A DNA stretch of 62,052 bases, filler included, from Nanobdellati archaeon (GTDB lineage: Archaea > Nanobdellota > Nanobdellia > Woesearchaeales > JAADFO01): NCBI GenBank assembly GCA_013152815.1. It is 6 parts of 6 records of this genome, joined end to end, with 100 filler letters (N's around TTAATTAATTAA, not from the genome) between each part and the next. Parts side by side here need not be neighbours in the genome. Positions count along the whole stretch, not along the records: positions 9,456 to 18,603 come from JAADFO010000010.1; positions 18,704 to 33,200 come from JAADFO010000012.1; 4 more parts are not named here. One strand, written 5' to 3'. The translations under genes and the position numbers were made by a program. Positions 9,583-19,261 of this stretch are shown piece after piece; positions within the stretch are counted from its first letter, which is position 1, and each line of letters starts with the position of its first letter. A model generated the notes under the pieces. The model was not told where the DNA came from. It worked only from the letters and a program-made list of their open reading frames with translations, and did not search any database.

Positions 9583-10791
9583 TCATGCATCTTGTTCTTC
9601 ATAATTGATTCGCCTGCTCCGGTTCCAGGGAAATCCTGGGTGATGGAACAGGTCGCGATGCTCTGCTACCTTTTGATAGGTGGTGGGGTCGTCGAGCCTG
9701 TATCGCTTCGCCAGGTTCTTCAGGTTCAGGTCGATGTTGTCTTCGACCCAGCGGATGACTTCCTGCTGTGACATCTTCCCTGTGCCGTTGAGATTGATGT
9801 TGAAGACCTGTGCATCCGGCTGGCCGATGGTATATTCCAGACCGACATAGGCCACGTCAGCGAGTCCCTGTTCGATGATGGTCTTGGCGACTTTCCATGC
9901 CTGGAGATGTCCTGCGCCAGACGGTTTTCTCCAGTCTTCTCCCCAGAACGCGTCTTCCATCAGGCCTCTGTTGCCAAAATAATCTTCTTGAGGTTTTGCT
10001 TCGGAATTTCCCTGGTCGACCTTCCAGCCTCCTTCATACCATTCTCCTAAGGGATTGATGATGATGCTCGTCTTGTTGCCGCCATAGCCGCTGAAATAGT
10101 CGCTGAGTTCCTTGATGCGGTACTTGATGATCCTGGTGAGGTCTCTTCGGAGCCTGTCCAGCGGAAGGCTTGGTTCCTGCTGGACCGAAACGACGATGTC
10201 CCGGATGCCTGCGAGCTGTTCGTCGTCGAATTTAGCGATGGCTTGGATTTTCCCGTCGGCACCCAATCCTTTGACTTCGTCGATGCCAGTCGCAGAAGCG
10301 ATGGTCGCGGGGACCTCTCCTTCTCTGCGGTAGATGCCGTCGATGAGTTTGCGTACCTCAACTGCCATGTACCGTTCCGGTGGAAGGGAAAGCGGGCTGT
10401 AGTTCACCGCTGCTACCATGGGTGTTCCGGAATCGCCGGCATTGTGGTTATCTTGGAGTTTCTCCGTCTGCCTGTTGAGTGTGTAGATGATCCTAAAATA
10501 GTCAGGGCCATAATCAGTGAGATGATGCTCATTATAGAATGCGATAATGCGATTATCGAGATGCTCATGGATGTGTGGATCATCAAGCAGGTATGCGCTG
10601 ACCTCTCCTGATATATCAATCTCTGGCCTGTTCTGTTCTGTATCCCATTTTCCGTTGACTCGCACATTGAACCTGGCACGAGGTTCCTGCTCCAGGAAGT
10701 AGGCACCTATGATGTGTGCTATTCCTGCGTCGAGCCGGTCTGGCTTGGCAAGCCTGCCTGATTCGAACGGTCGGTAGATGACGTTTCCCAT
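9583..10791 (-). CDS. Divergent MetK-fold paralog with altered active site
   Basis: Colinear MetK-like motifs: FESGRLAKPDR, SGEVS, AGDSG, ADGKIQ, VVSVQ, INPLGEW, DAFWGEDWRK, VAKTII..GLA, YTIG, FPWN. Confidence 0.85.
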   Translation of the reverse strand: MGNVIYRPFESGRLAKPDRLDAGIAHIIGAYFLEQEPRARFNVRVNGKWDTEQNRPEIDISGEVSAYLLDDPHIHEHLDNRIIAFYNEHHLTDYGPDYFRIIYTLNRQTEKLQDNHNAGDSGTPMVAAVNYSPLSLPPERYMAVEVRKLIDGIYRREGEVPATIASATGIDEVKGLGADGKIQAIAKFDDEQLAGIRDIVVSVQQEPSLPLDRLRRDLTRIIKYRIKELSDYFSGYGGNKTSIIINPLGEWYEGGWKVDQGNSEAKPQEDYFGNRGLMEDAFWGEDWRKPSGAGHLQAWKVAKTIIEQGLADVAYVGLEYTIGQPDAQVFNINLNGTGKMSQQEVIRWVEDNIDLNLKNLAKRYRLDDPTTYQKVAEHRDLFHHPGFPWNRSRRINYEEQDA

Positions 10792-10922
10792 GCTCCTGTC
10801 CCTGTCTTTGGGGTTGCGAGATGAAGTCTATTAAATATCTTTCTGCAAGAAATATTCGTATAAGAATATTCTGTCGGAATCCTGGAAGGCATCAGGGCTT
10901 CATAAATCCGTCGGAAGGGTCT

Positions 10923-11048
10923 TCATTTCTGCCGAGCCACCGTATGGCCGCACTTGTCGCATCTCAGAATATAGTATGTCATGTCACCAAGCTTCTTCTC
11001 CGATACTTTGGTGAAGGATCCGCCGCAGATCTCGCATATGGCTCCCAT
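10923..11048 (-). CDS. Small zinc-ribbon protein (41 aa)
   Basis: MGAICEICGGSF...ILRCDKCGHTVARQK contains two CxxC pairs. Confidence 0.7.
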   Translation of the reverse strand: MGAICEICGGSFTKVSEKKLGDMTYYILRCDKCGHTVARQK

Positions 11049-11080
11049 GATGGCAAGAAAGGCATACTCCGATAAAAACC

Positions 11081-12895
11081 TTACGTTTTCCCTCTGCGCA
11101 CGAGATGATAAGCATGGATCAGTTCGATGTAGGTGGCAGCGGTCCAACTCTGTGCGAGGCATCCCTGGTGGGTCTGTCTTGCGGCTGAACTGAGTTCAGA
11201 GCCATGCCCGATGGCCCCGCCCCAGAGCATATCCTGCGTCGAGGCCTCCAGGATCTTCCCGATCTGCTCTGCATATTTGTGCCGGTCCAGCCGGAGCATG
11301 ACCATGGCTGCGATGTTATTGATGAAATACCAGGAATCTCCATGATGGTAGCTCCTGGGGTCCTCGCCGGTGTTCTGGTCGGTGTAGAGCGGGTGGCTTT
11401 TCGCTATGGATGAGAGGCCGCCCCAGGGCAGCCAGAGTTCGGTGAGCGCATGGTCGATGATGGTCTCCCATTCGCGAGGCTTGAACAGCCGGGGGAAGAA
11501 ATAGGCTGCGAGGAAGATGTTCGGCCGTTGGGTGGGGTCGTTGGGCGCGTCGTAGAGCTTTCCCTTCCTGAAGAAGGCCTTTCTGACCCGTCGTTTCCCT
11601 TCCTGCACCATCTTCTCGTACTCAAGGTCTTTGGTGAGTCCATAGAGCACGTCATAGAGCCGCAGCCGCAGGGCCTGGATCTCGATGCGCATCCCGCTCC
11701 GGTCGTCCCCGTCATAGTCGGTGTCCATCCAGGTGGCCTTGGCGTCATTGACCGCGAGGCCGTCCCTGAGCCTGAACTTGCGCAGGAGGTAGGTGGCGTG
11801 CTGCAGCCTCTCGGTGAGATGGTCGAGTTCACTCTTCGTGAAGAGCACGTCGGTCTCCAGGAGCTTTCCCAGACGGTCGGCGAAGATGCCGACGGCATCC
11901 GCGCTCCCTGCCGTCGTCGCAGGGATGCGGTTGGGGATCTGTCCTTCATAGTCGATGCGGTCAAGATGCTCCCTGATGATGTGTTTGACCAGGTTCTTCT
12001 TGTCGAGTTCGAGGAGGGCCTGGAGGCAATAGCCTGTGTCCCTCGCCCAGTATTGGAAAAACCAGGGCAGGCCTGCGAAGATACTTTTGCCGTCGATGAC
12101 GTTCCCGAGCAGGGACCGTCCGGCACGGTAGAGCGCGATCTTATGGGGGAAGGATCTGATGTCGTCATATTCACTGTGCATCGGCTTCCCGTCCCTGGTC
12201 GAGAGATGCTCCCGGTAGATCCTCCTGGCTTCCCGGTAACAGGCATCCTTGTCCCTGCCGGCATAGAAGACGCATTTCTTCACCCGGAGCCGCAGGGCAT
12301 CCAGCACATAGCGTTCAGACGGCAAGGACACCCTTTCTGCGTCGAGGGAATAGCTGCGCCTGAACCAGTGGTTGGTGAATGAGAAATCGAGGTCCTCTGC
12401 ATAGACGACCAGATAGAGCTCGAATTCCTCTTCCCCGTCGGTGGGATCCTCTCGGCGGTCGGTCCGTTTGATGAACCGGATGACCAGCGCATCCTTCTCT
12501 TTCGCTATCTCATAATGGCGTCCATATTCCCTGTTGTCGTAGGACCGTTTCACGTCCAGGGTCACCTTGATGTCGGTGTCCGCGGAGAGCTCGTAGATGA
12601 GTGCAGGATGGCCTCTGGGCATGGAGATGAGCTCACTGACCTTTCCATGGAACCGTTCCACATAGTCGCTGTGGTCGATGATCTCCTTCAGGTCGAACGC
12701 CGAGCCCAGCCGGATGTCCTCGATGACCCGGAACATCTCCTCCTTCTGCGGGTCGTAGTAGAAGAAGCCGTCATAGCGTGAGGTCGGGGTCTCTCCCAGA
12801 AGGGCGTAGCTGCCGGTGCCGTTGTTGAGGAGGATCCGGGGATCGTCCACCTCCTGCTGTATCTCTTTGAGGTTGAACGAATGGGAGACGAGCAT
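11081..12895 (-). CDS. Glycogen debranching enzyme / amylo-alpha-1,6-glucosidase (GDE_C-like)
   Basis: AGLPWFFQYWARD, TWMDT, IEIQAL, RPNIFLA, YHHGDSW, GCLAQSW. Confidence 0.9.
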   Translation of the reverse strand: MLVSHSFNLKEIQQEVDDPRILLNNGTGSYALLGETPTSRYDGFFYYDPQKEEMFRVIEDIRLGSAFDLKEIIDHSDYVERFHGKVSELISMPRGHPALIYELSADTDIKVTLDVKRSYDNREYGRHYEIAKEKDALVIRFIKRTDRREDPTDGEEEFELYLVVYAEDLDFSFTNHWFRRSYSLDAERVSLPSERYVLDALRLRVKKCVFYAGRDKDACYREARRIYREHLSTRDGKPMHSEYDDIRSFPHKIALYRAGRSLLGNVIDGKSIFAGLPWFFQYWARDTGYCLQALLELDKKNLVKHIIREHLDRIDYEGQIPNRIPATTAGSADAVGIFADRLGKLLETDVLFTKSELDHLTERLQHATYLLRKFRLRDGLAVNDAKATWMDTDYDGDDRSGMRIEIQALRLRLYDVLYGLTKDLEYEKMVQEGKRRVRKAFFRKGKLYDAPNDPTQRPNIFLAAYFFPRLFKPREWETIIDHALTELWLPWGGLSSIAKSHPLYTDQNTGEDPRSYHHGDSWYFINNIAAMVMLRLDRHKYAEQIGKILEASTQDMLWGGAIGHGSELSSAARQTHQGCLAQSWTAATYIELIHAYHLVRRGKT

Positions 12896-12900
12896 GGTGA

Positions 12901-14700
12901 TCAGGAGAAGACCTTGCCCATGGCCAGGTCATGGGCTTCGATGTAGTGGACGCTGAGGATGTTCCAGTCGGCGAGCATGGCCAGGTTCTTGGCCTGTATC
13001 TTGTTGCGGACCCGGCCTTCCTTGGAGAGGTCGGTGAAATGCTCCAGGACACCGGTGAGCTGCTCGACGATCTCTTCGGTCGTTTTTTGGTACCGGTCGA
13101 GGATGAAGATGCCCGGTTCTTCCTTCTGTTCCTTGTTCCTGATGAACCGTCCGAAGCCTGCCAGGTCAGTGGTGACCGAGGCGACGCCCAGTGCGCCTGC
13201 TTCAAGTGGTGTATATCCCCAGGGTTCATAGGCCGACGGGAAGACTCCCAGGTGCATGGCCTGGATGGTCTCGTAGTAGTCCAGGTCCAGGAGGCCGTCC
13301 GCTCCGGTGAGGTAGATGGGATAGAAGACGACCTTGACCTTCTGCTCTTCGCTGTTGTTCAGCCCGACCCTGTTCAGGTTGAGGGTGATGGCATCATGGT
13401 CCGGATCCACCAGGTCATGGGTGCAGATCGGAGGCAATCCCTGGCGGTGGAGGCGCAGGACCTTCTTCTTGAGCGAGTTCCTGGTCTCTTCGTTGAACAG
13501 GAGCTGTTCGTTGAGGTCTTCGCCCTGGATGATGCCTGCGGTGATCCTGTTCTCGATGGCCACCCGCTGGTCGACTATCTCGTCCCTGATGTCCTTCAGG
13601 GCCGCCTTTGACTCTATCAGCGATGTCTTGATGCCTCTCACCGCCGACGGTATGAAGAAGAACGCCACGATGGTCTTCTCTGACCCTTCCTTTTTCATCA
13701 TGGCATTGAGACGGGCCAGGGATTCTATGAAGACGTCGATGCCCTTGTCACGGAACTCGTATCGGCCGAGGATGAAATAGAGCAGGGTATGGTCGAGGTC
13801 GAGGGGATAGTACGGGAAGAAATGGTCCATGAGGAACCGGTTGGCCTTGCGTTTCATGGCCTGGTGTCGTACCGACAGCTCTTCGAAGGTGGGGAACTGC
13901 TCCATGTTCAGGCCGTTGGGAAGGAGCACATCTGGTTTCCGGTGGAGCAGGGCTTCTGCTTCGATGCCCGTGATCTCAGAGACCGTGGTGAAGGCGTCGG
14001 CATGGTCGGCACAGGCCACTTCGACGAGATGTTTTGCCTGGATGCCGTACTCTTTTGCCTTCGCTTCTGCATCGATATGGTCCAGCTCTTTGTAGATGTC
14101 GATCCCTGCTGAGGTGAGCGTCCGTCCAAGGATGGTGGCATGGGTGGTGAAGACCGTCCCTATCTTGACCTGCCGGTCCTTCAGGTAGAGCAGGCCAGCG
14201 CCGGAGAGCCATTCATGGAACTGGGCCACGATGTCCCTGTCAGGATGGCTCCGGTGTATCTCCTCGAGGAGGATCCCGACGCACCAGCTCCAGATCACGG
14301 GCTCATCGAAATCATAGTAGGACGTTCCCCATGAATCGACGGCGAACTTTTCCCAGAGTTGGCGTTTGACGTCGTTCGTCTGGTGGTTGTACCCTGTGAA
14401 GTCGATGAGGATGGTCTTCGGCCTCGCGTTGATGAGCCAGGTCCCGAAATGGAGAAGTATCCCCTGTTCCTTGAGCGCGTAGGAGATGTCCTTGTACTCG
14501 TCCGGACAGGCCCCTTCCAGGAAATCGTTCTTGGCTTTCTCGTAGAAATAGGGGCCGATGAGATAGTAGTGTTCGCCGTAATGCTTCATCATGGGTGCTG
14601 CCTTCGACGAGACCACCGTATAGATGCCTCCTACCTTGTTGCACACTTCCCATGATGCCTCGAAAAGAAAATCCGCTTTTGGCATGGTCTCCCTCGTCAT
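12901..14700 (-). CDS. Glycogen synthase, GT3 family
   Basis: FEASWEVCNKVGGIYTV, FHEWLSG, FTTHAT, FTTVSEIT, GRYEFRDKG, GVFPSAYEPWGYTPLE. Confidence 0.95.
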   Translation of the reverse strand: MTRETMPKADFLFEASWEVCNKVGGIYTVVSSKAAPMMKHYGEHYYLIGPYFYEKAKNDFLEGACPDEYKDISYALKEQGILLHFGTWLINARPKTILIDFTGYNHQTNDVKRQLWEKFAVDSWGTSYYDFDEPVIWSWCVGILLEEIHRSHPDRDIVAQFHEWLSGAGLLYLKDRQVKIGTVFTTHATILGRTLTSAGIDIYKELDHIDAEAKAKEYGIQAKHLVEVACADHADAFTTVSEITGIEAEALLHRKPDVLLPNGLNMEQFPTFEELSVRHQAMKRKANRFLMDHFFPYYPLDLDHTLLYFILGRYEFRDKGIDVFIESLARLNAMMKKEGSEKTIVAFFFIPSAVRGIKTSLIESKAALKDIRDEIVDQRVAIENRITAGIIQGEDLNEQLLFNEETRNSLKKKVLRLHRQGLPPICTHDLVDPDHDAITLNLNRVGLNNSEEQKVKVVFYPIYLTGADGLLDLDYYETIQAMHLGVFPSAYEPWGYTPLEAGALGVASVTTDLAGFGRFIRNKEQKEEPGIFILDRYQKTTEEIVEQLTGVLEHFTDLSKEGRVRNKIQAKNLAMLADWNILSVHYIEAHDLAMGKVFS

Positions 14701-14878
14701 CTCCTGGTGTCCCCTCTTCTCCTGATGTTGTTCTATTACCTGTCGCTAGTCTCTCCGGGACTATTTAAAACTTTGATACTACTGGTGAGTTTGTCAACAC
14801 TCCCGAAAGATATAAATAGTTCACTTCCCAAAAACGTATAGTGATATAGGATTTGATGTCGTTACTGACAGTGACAAC

Positions 14879-15217
14879 ATGGACTGTCTGTGGCATCTGC
14901 AGATGGATGACAAAAGAGGTGATACCTTGTACAGCAAGGTGAGTGGTGAAGATTTCCGCGACGACGTTGACCAATGGATAAAGGGGTTCAAACGGGACAT
15001 CGACTGTTTCTCCAATGAGCTCGATGACCTGTCTGACGAGTTCTCCAAGCAGCGGGAAGAGCATCTGCTCTTCTATGAGAACCTTGACCGGGTCGAGCAG
15101 AAGGTCGATCATCTACAGGCATCGTTCGAGAAGATGGCCGTCCTTCTCGGAAGGCAGGCTGAATTGTCGGGCACGGTCCAGCCGCTGAAGGAACGCTATC
15201 CTGCTATTCCTAAATGA
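14879..15217 (+). CDS. Hypothetical coiled-coil protein
   Basis: 112-aa ORF with heptad-like acidic helix; TATA-like GATATAAATA upstream (about 14809). Confidence 0.6.
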   Translation: MDCLWHLQMDDKRGDTLYSKVSGEDFRDDVDQWIKGFKRDIDCFSNELDDLSDEFSKQREEHLLFYENLDRVEQKVDHLQASFEKMAVLLGRQAELSGTVQPLKERYPAIPK

Positions 15218-15304
15218 ATAGGGTCTTCCTTTTTTTATTACCTGGTCTTTTATCCGGTCTTCCTTTTTCTATTGCCTCTTCTGCTCCTGCGCTGCCAGAT
15301 ATTG

Positions 15305-15390
15305 GAAAAGTTATATATACTAGCATATTCATAGGTTTCTCGCTGCATACAACATACCGGTTGCATACAACATACAGGTTGCATACAACC
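15305..15390 (+). promoter_or_regulatory. BRE/TATA plus tandem 18-bp palindromic repeats (candidate operator)
   Basis: GAAAAG-TTATATAT, then about 2.5 copies of TGCATACAACATAC(C/A)GGT (15344-15390), which create GTTG-CATA-CAAC inverted repeats. Confidence 0.6.
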
Positions 15391-15524
15391 AGATGAGACT
15401 TTCAGCGATAGCTGTAGGTCAAAAAGGCAGGTGATGGATAGATGGCTCCTTATACCAGACGGCTTTATTTGCCTGTCCTCGCTCTCTCTCCTTCCTGCTC
15501 CCTTCCTCTGTCCCGGGTGGCACC

Positions 15525-16772
15525 ATGAGCCTCCGTGTCCTCATGTTCGGATGGGAATTTCCTCCGTTCAGTTCAGGCGGCCTCGGGACCGCCTGCAAAG
15601 GGCTCACCGACGGGCTCTCACAGAAGGGCGTGAAGGTCACCTTCGTCATCCCGAAGGCCTCTGGCGGGACCTCTTCTGTCTCCTCTTCCGGCGCACCGGG
15701 CATCCAGCTTATCGGTGCAGACCAGGTGGGCGACATGAAGGTCATCGAGGTGGACTCGGTCCTCCGGGGATACGTCAATGCTGAACAGTATCATGAACAC
15801 ATGATGACCGTCCTGAACAGGCAGGGTCATCCCGCAACCTCTCTCTACGGCAAGGACCTGCATCAGGAGGTCCTCCGCTATGCAGAGATAGCCAAGCGGA
15901 TCGCCCTGCTGGAAGACTTCGATGTCATCCACGCCCACGACTGGATGACCTATCAGGCAGGCATCAATGCGAAGGAAGCCTCGGGAAAGCCCCTGGTGGT
16001 CCATGTCCATGCGACCGAGTTCGACCGCTCTGGCGATAATCCGAACCAGGCGGTCTACGCGCTGGAGAAGATGGGCATGGAGCGTGCCGACCGGATCATC
16101 GCTGTCTCTTCCTATACCAAAGGCATCATCACTGACCGCTATGGCATCCCGCCGGACAAGGTTGCGGTGGTCCATAATGCCGTGGCCCATAATCATAATC
16201 AGGAACACCGTCCTCCTGCCAGCATCAATGATGGCATGAAGACGGTCTTATTCTTGGGGAGGATTACCATGCAGAAAGGACCCGACTATTTCTTGTATGC
16301 AGCAAAACGGGTCCTTGATTTTTTCCCCCATGTGCGTTTCGTCGTGGCCGGCTCCGGTGATATGGAACGCTTCATGATCGACAAGGCAGCTTCCCTCGGC
16401 ATCGCCGACCGGGTGCTGTTCACCGGTTTCCTCAGTGCAGAACAGACAGAGCAGGCCTACCGGATGGCCGACCTCTATGTCCTCCCGTCTGTCTCTGAAC
16501 CGTTCGGCATAACACCCCTCGAGTCTCTGACCAACGGCACCCCGGTCATCATCTCCAGGCAGTCCGGCGTCTCCGAGGTGCTGAAGAACTGCCTCAAGGT
16601 CGATTTCTGGGACATCGACGACATGGCTTCAAAGATGCTCTCTGTCCTGAAGTATCCTGCCCTGGAGAACCAGCTTGTCGACGACGGCAGGCAGGAAGTC
16701 TCCCGGATGAGCTGGGAAGATTCGGCCGAGAAGTGCCTTTCCATCTATCAGCAGGTCAGGGGGTTTCCCTAG
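15525..16772 (+). CDS. GT4-family glycosyltransferase (glycogen-related)
   Basis: MFGWEFPPFSSGGLG, HAHDWMT, HVHATEFDR, LGRITMQKG, PSVSEPFGITPLE. Confidence 0.93.
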   Translation: MSLRVLMFGWEFPPFSSGGLGTACKGLTDGLSQKGVKVTFVIPKASGGTSSVSSSGAPGIQLIGADQVGDMKVIEVDSVLRGYVNAEQYHEHMMTVLNRQGHPATSLYGKDLHQEVLRYAEIAKRIALLEDFDVIHAHDWMTYQAGINAKEASGKPLVVHVHATEFDRSGDNPNQAVYALEKMGMERADRIIAVSSYTKGIITDRYGIPPDKVAVVHNAVAHNHNQEHRPPASINDGMKTVLFLGRITMQKGPDYFLYAAKRVLDFFPHVRFVVAGSGDMERFMIDKAASLGIADRVLFTGFLSAEQTEQAYRMADLYVLPSVSEPFGITPLESLTNGTPVIISRQSGVSEVLKNCLKVDFWDIDDMASKMLSVLKYPALENQLVDDGRQEVSRMSWEDSAEKCLSIYQQVRGFP

Positions 16773-18074
16773 ATGGTCGACATCTCGCTCTATTTCCAGG
16801 TCCATCAGCCCTATCGGCTGCGTCGCTACTCGGTCTTTGACATCGGCAAGTCCCGGGACTATTTCGACAAGAAGAAGAACGAGGAGATCATCAGCCGGGT
16901 CGCGAAAAAATGTTATCTTCCCTCCAACAGGCTCATGCTCGATCTCATCAATGAGACCGACGGAGCTTTCAAGGTGGCCTACTCGATAACCGGGACTGCA
17001 ATGGAACAGTTCGCTTCCTTCGAGCCGCGGGTCATCGATTCCTTCCAGGAGCTTGCTGACACCGGGAAGGTGGAGTTCCTCTCAGAGACCTATTACCATT
17101 CCCTTGCCTTTCTCCATTCCCAGGACGAGTTCAAGGAGCAGATCAGACAGCACCGGAAGATGATCCAGGCAAACTTCCACCAGACACCGTCGGTCTTCCG
17201 GAACACCGAGCTCATCTATAACAATGCCATCGCTTCCCTGATAGAGAAGATGGGCTACAAGGGAATGCTCGCCGAGGGAGCGGACCATGTCCTGGGCTGG
17301 CGGTCCCCCAACTTCGTCTACCGGCCTGCGCATGGCTCGATTCCGCTTCTCCTGAAGAACTACAAGCTCTCCGACGACATCGCCTTCCGTTTCTCCAACC
17401 ATTCCTGGAAAGAGTTTCCGCTGACAGCAGAGAAGTATGCTTCCTGGATCAACGCCATCAACGGCAACGGCCGGGTCGTCAACCTGTTCATGGACTATGA
17501 GACCCTGGGCGAGCATCAGTGGGCCCAGACCGGGATCTTCAAGTTCTTCCGGGCATGGCCAAGGCTCGTCCTCAAGCATCCGGACAACAGTTTCCAGAAT
17601 CCCGGCGAGGTCGCCACAAAGCACAGGCCCGAAGCAGGCCTCGATGTCCCTCAGCTCATCTCCTGGGCAGACCTGGAGCGTGACCTCTCTGCCTGGCAGG
17701 GCAACCAGATCCAGGATGCTGCCATGAAGGAGCTCTACGCTGTCGAGCGGCTGGTGAAAGCATCGAAGGACAAGGCCCTGCTGGACTCCTGGCGCAGGCT
17801 CCAGACCTCTGACCATTTCTACTATATGTGCACCAAGTATTTCGCCGACGGGGATGTGCACAAGTACTTCAATCCCTATGACTCTCCCTACGACTGTTTC
17901 ATCGCGTTCATGAACGTGCTCAACGACCTCATCATCCGTCTCAAGACCGGCCGCGACGGCCAGATAAGCGACGGCCAGGTCACCTTCACCACCGAGGCCG
18001 ATGCAGACACCCTGCCGGTCAACGGGTTCATGATATCCGGGGAGCCGAGCCGCGGGCTCGGGAGGTCACGATGA
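16773..18074 (+). CDS. GH57-family alpha-amylase
   Basis: FQVHQP, ETYYHSL, FRNTELIY, LSDDIAFRFS, FMDYETLGEHQW, LQTSDHFYYM. Confidence 0.95.
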   Translation: MVDISLYFQVHQPYRLRRYSVFDIGKSRDYFDKKKNEEIISRVAKKCYLPSNRLMLDLINETDGAFKVAYSITGTAMEQFASFEPRVIDSFQELADTGKVEFLSETYYHSLAFLHSQDEFKEQIRQHRKMIQANFHQTPSVFRNTELIYNNAIASLIEKMGYKGMLAEGADHVLGWRSPNFVYRPAHGSIPLLLKNYKLSDDIAFRFSNHSWKEFPLTAEKYASWINAINGNGRVVNLFMDYETLGEHQWAQTGIFKFFRAWPRLVLKHPDNSFQNPGEVATKHRPEAGLDVPQLISWADLERDLSAWQGNQIQDAAMKELYAVERLVKASKDKALLDSWRRLQTSDHFYYMCTKYFADGDVHKYFNPYDSPYDCFIAFMNVLNDLIIRLKTGRDGQISDGQVTFTTEADADTLPVNGFMISGEPSRGLGRSR

Positions 18075-18603
18075 CCTTCGACATCCATGATCTGAGACAG
18101 GTGCGGAGGAAGATAGGCATGACCCAGATTGCTCTCGCGAAGGAATCCGGGGTCTCCCAGTCGCTCATCGCCAAGATAGAATCAGGAAAGCTGGACCCCA
18201 CCTATTCCAAGGCGAAGCAGATCATCCAGGCGGTGGAGTTCCTCTCGGGAAAGTCGGAGATGACCGCGAAGGAGCTGATGCAGAAGAGGATCATCTCGGT
18301 CGGCCCCGGGGCGACGGTCAAGGCGGTCATCCGCAAGCTCCAGCAGCACAACATCTCCCAGATGCCGGTCATCCATCAGAACAAGGCGGTCGGCCTCGTC
18401 TCCGAGGCCACACTCCTCGACGTGATGATGGAAGAGAAGCACCAGCTGCAGATACAGGATATCATGTCCGAGGCGCCGCCGACCATCTCGCTCTCGACCG
18501 GTTCGCGGGTCATCACCGAGCTGCTGAAATATTTCCCGCTTGTCCTGGTGACCGACAAGGGACGGATCCGGGGGCTCGTGACCAAATCAGACATCATCCA
18601 GAA
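18071..18603 (+). CDS. XRE-type HTH plus CBS-pair transcriptional regulator (last codons cut)
   Basis: GMTQIALAKESGVSQSLIAKIESG followed by two CBS repeats (ISQMPV...VGLVSE; GLVTKSDI); translationally coupled to GH57. Confidence 0.9.
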
Positions 18604-18703
18604 NNNNNNNNNNNNNNNNNNNNNNNNNNNNNNNNNNNNNNNNNNNNTTAATTAATTAANNNNNNNNNNNNNNNNNNNNNNNNNNNNNNNNNNNNNNNNN
18701 NNN
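18604..18703. other. Artificial contig-joining linker
   Basis: N44-TTAATTAATTAA-N44. Confidence 0.99.
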
Positions 18704-18790
18704 TGCCCCTGCAACAGCCGGGACCTTCACCACCAGGAGCATCAACAGCAGAACTGCACCTATGAAGACACCTCTTTTCATCGTGGTCAT
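18704..18790 (-). CDS. N-terminus of a secreted protein, cut by contig end
   Basis: MTTMKRGVFIGAVLLLMLLVVKVPAVAGA reads as a signal peptide. Confidence 0.55.
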
Positions 18791-18877
18791 ATTTGCATAT
18801 TCCCTCATCTAACCTGACTTTTAAACGGGAACTTGGTCTATTTAAATATTTCCATAGAAGAAAGAAAAAGAAGGGCC

Positions 18878-19153
18878 TTACTCTCCCTCTGCTTCCTCTG
18901 CCTGATAATTGGGTACGGCCGCCTTGGAGATGATCATGATGTCTCCGACAGACTTGACCAGCTGGTGGGGGACGATGACGCCCTTTGCAGAGCCCAATAC
19001 CTTGTTCAGGAACGAGTTCTTCGTCGAACGGACACGCCAGCCGAAGACCTTGGACTGGGTCAGGATGCTCTCTTCGATATCTCCGAAATAGTCGCCGTTA
19101 TCAGTGAAGACCTTCATGTCATAGGTTGAAGTGATCCTCTTCATCTTCAGCAT
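18878..19153 (-). CDS. PRC-barrel domain protein (archaeal CdpB-like cell-division factor)
   Basis: YDMKVFTDNGDYFGDIEE...VIVPHQLVKSVGDIMII PRC-barrel pattern. Confidence 0.85.
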   Translation of the reverse strand: MLKMKRITSTYDMKVFTDNGDYFGDIEESILTQSKVFGWRVRSTKNSFLNKVLGSAKGVIVPHQLVKSVGDIMIISKAAVPNYQAEEAEGE

Positions 19154-19261
19154 GGTTATCCCCTCCTTGAAAGTGGATACTCTAAAACTCTGGAAGTTTA
19201 TATATCTTTCTCTGGGCCGGTTTGCATATGCTTTTTAAACCTGTCTTGATTCGTCGTCAGC

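Noticed and set aside
11404..13611. Long antisense or alternative-frame ORFs (e.g. 11450-12382, 12931-13611; also 28137-29396, 55907-56695)
   Set aside because: These are shadow ORFs of well-supported genes, caused by GC3-rich codon bias, and carry no recognisable motifs.
15344..15390. Possible mini-CRISPR array
   Set aside because: The 18-bp units are directly adjacent with no unique spacers, and there are no cas genes in the window.
11081..18074. GT3/debranching enzyme/GT4/GH57 glycogen cluster as novel
   Set aside because: This gene set is known from other archaea and bacteria; only its candidate operator and linkage to the MetK pair are flagged.
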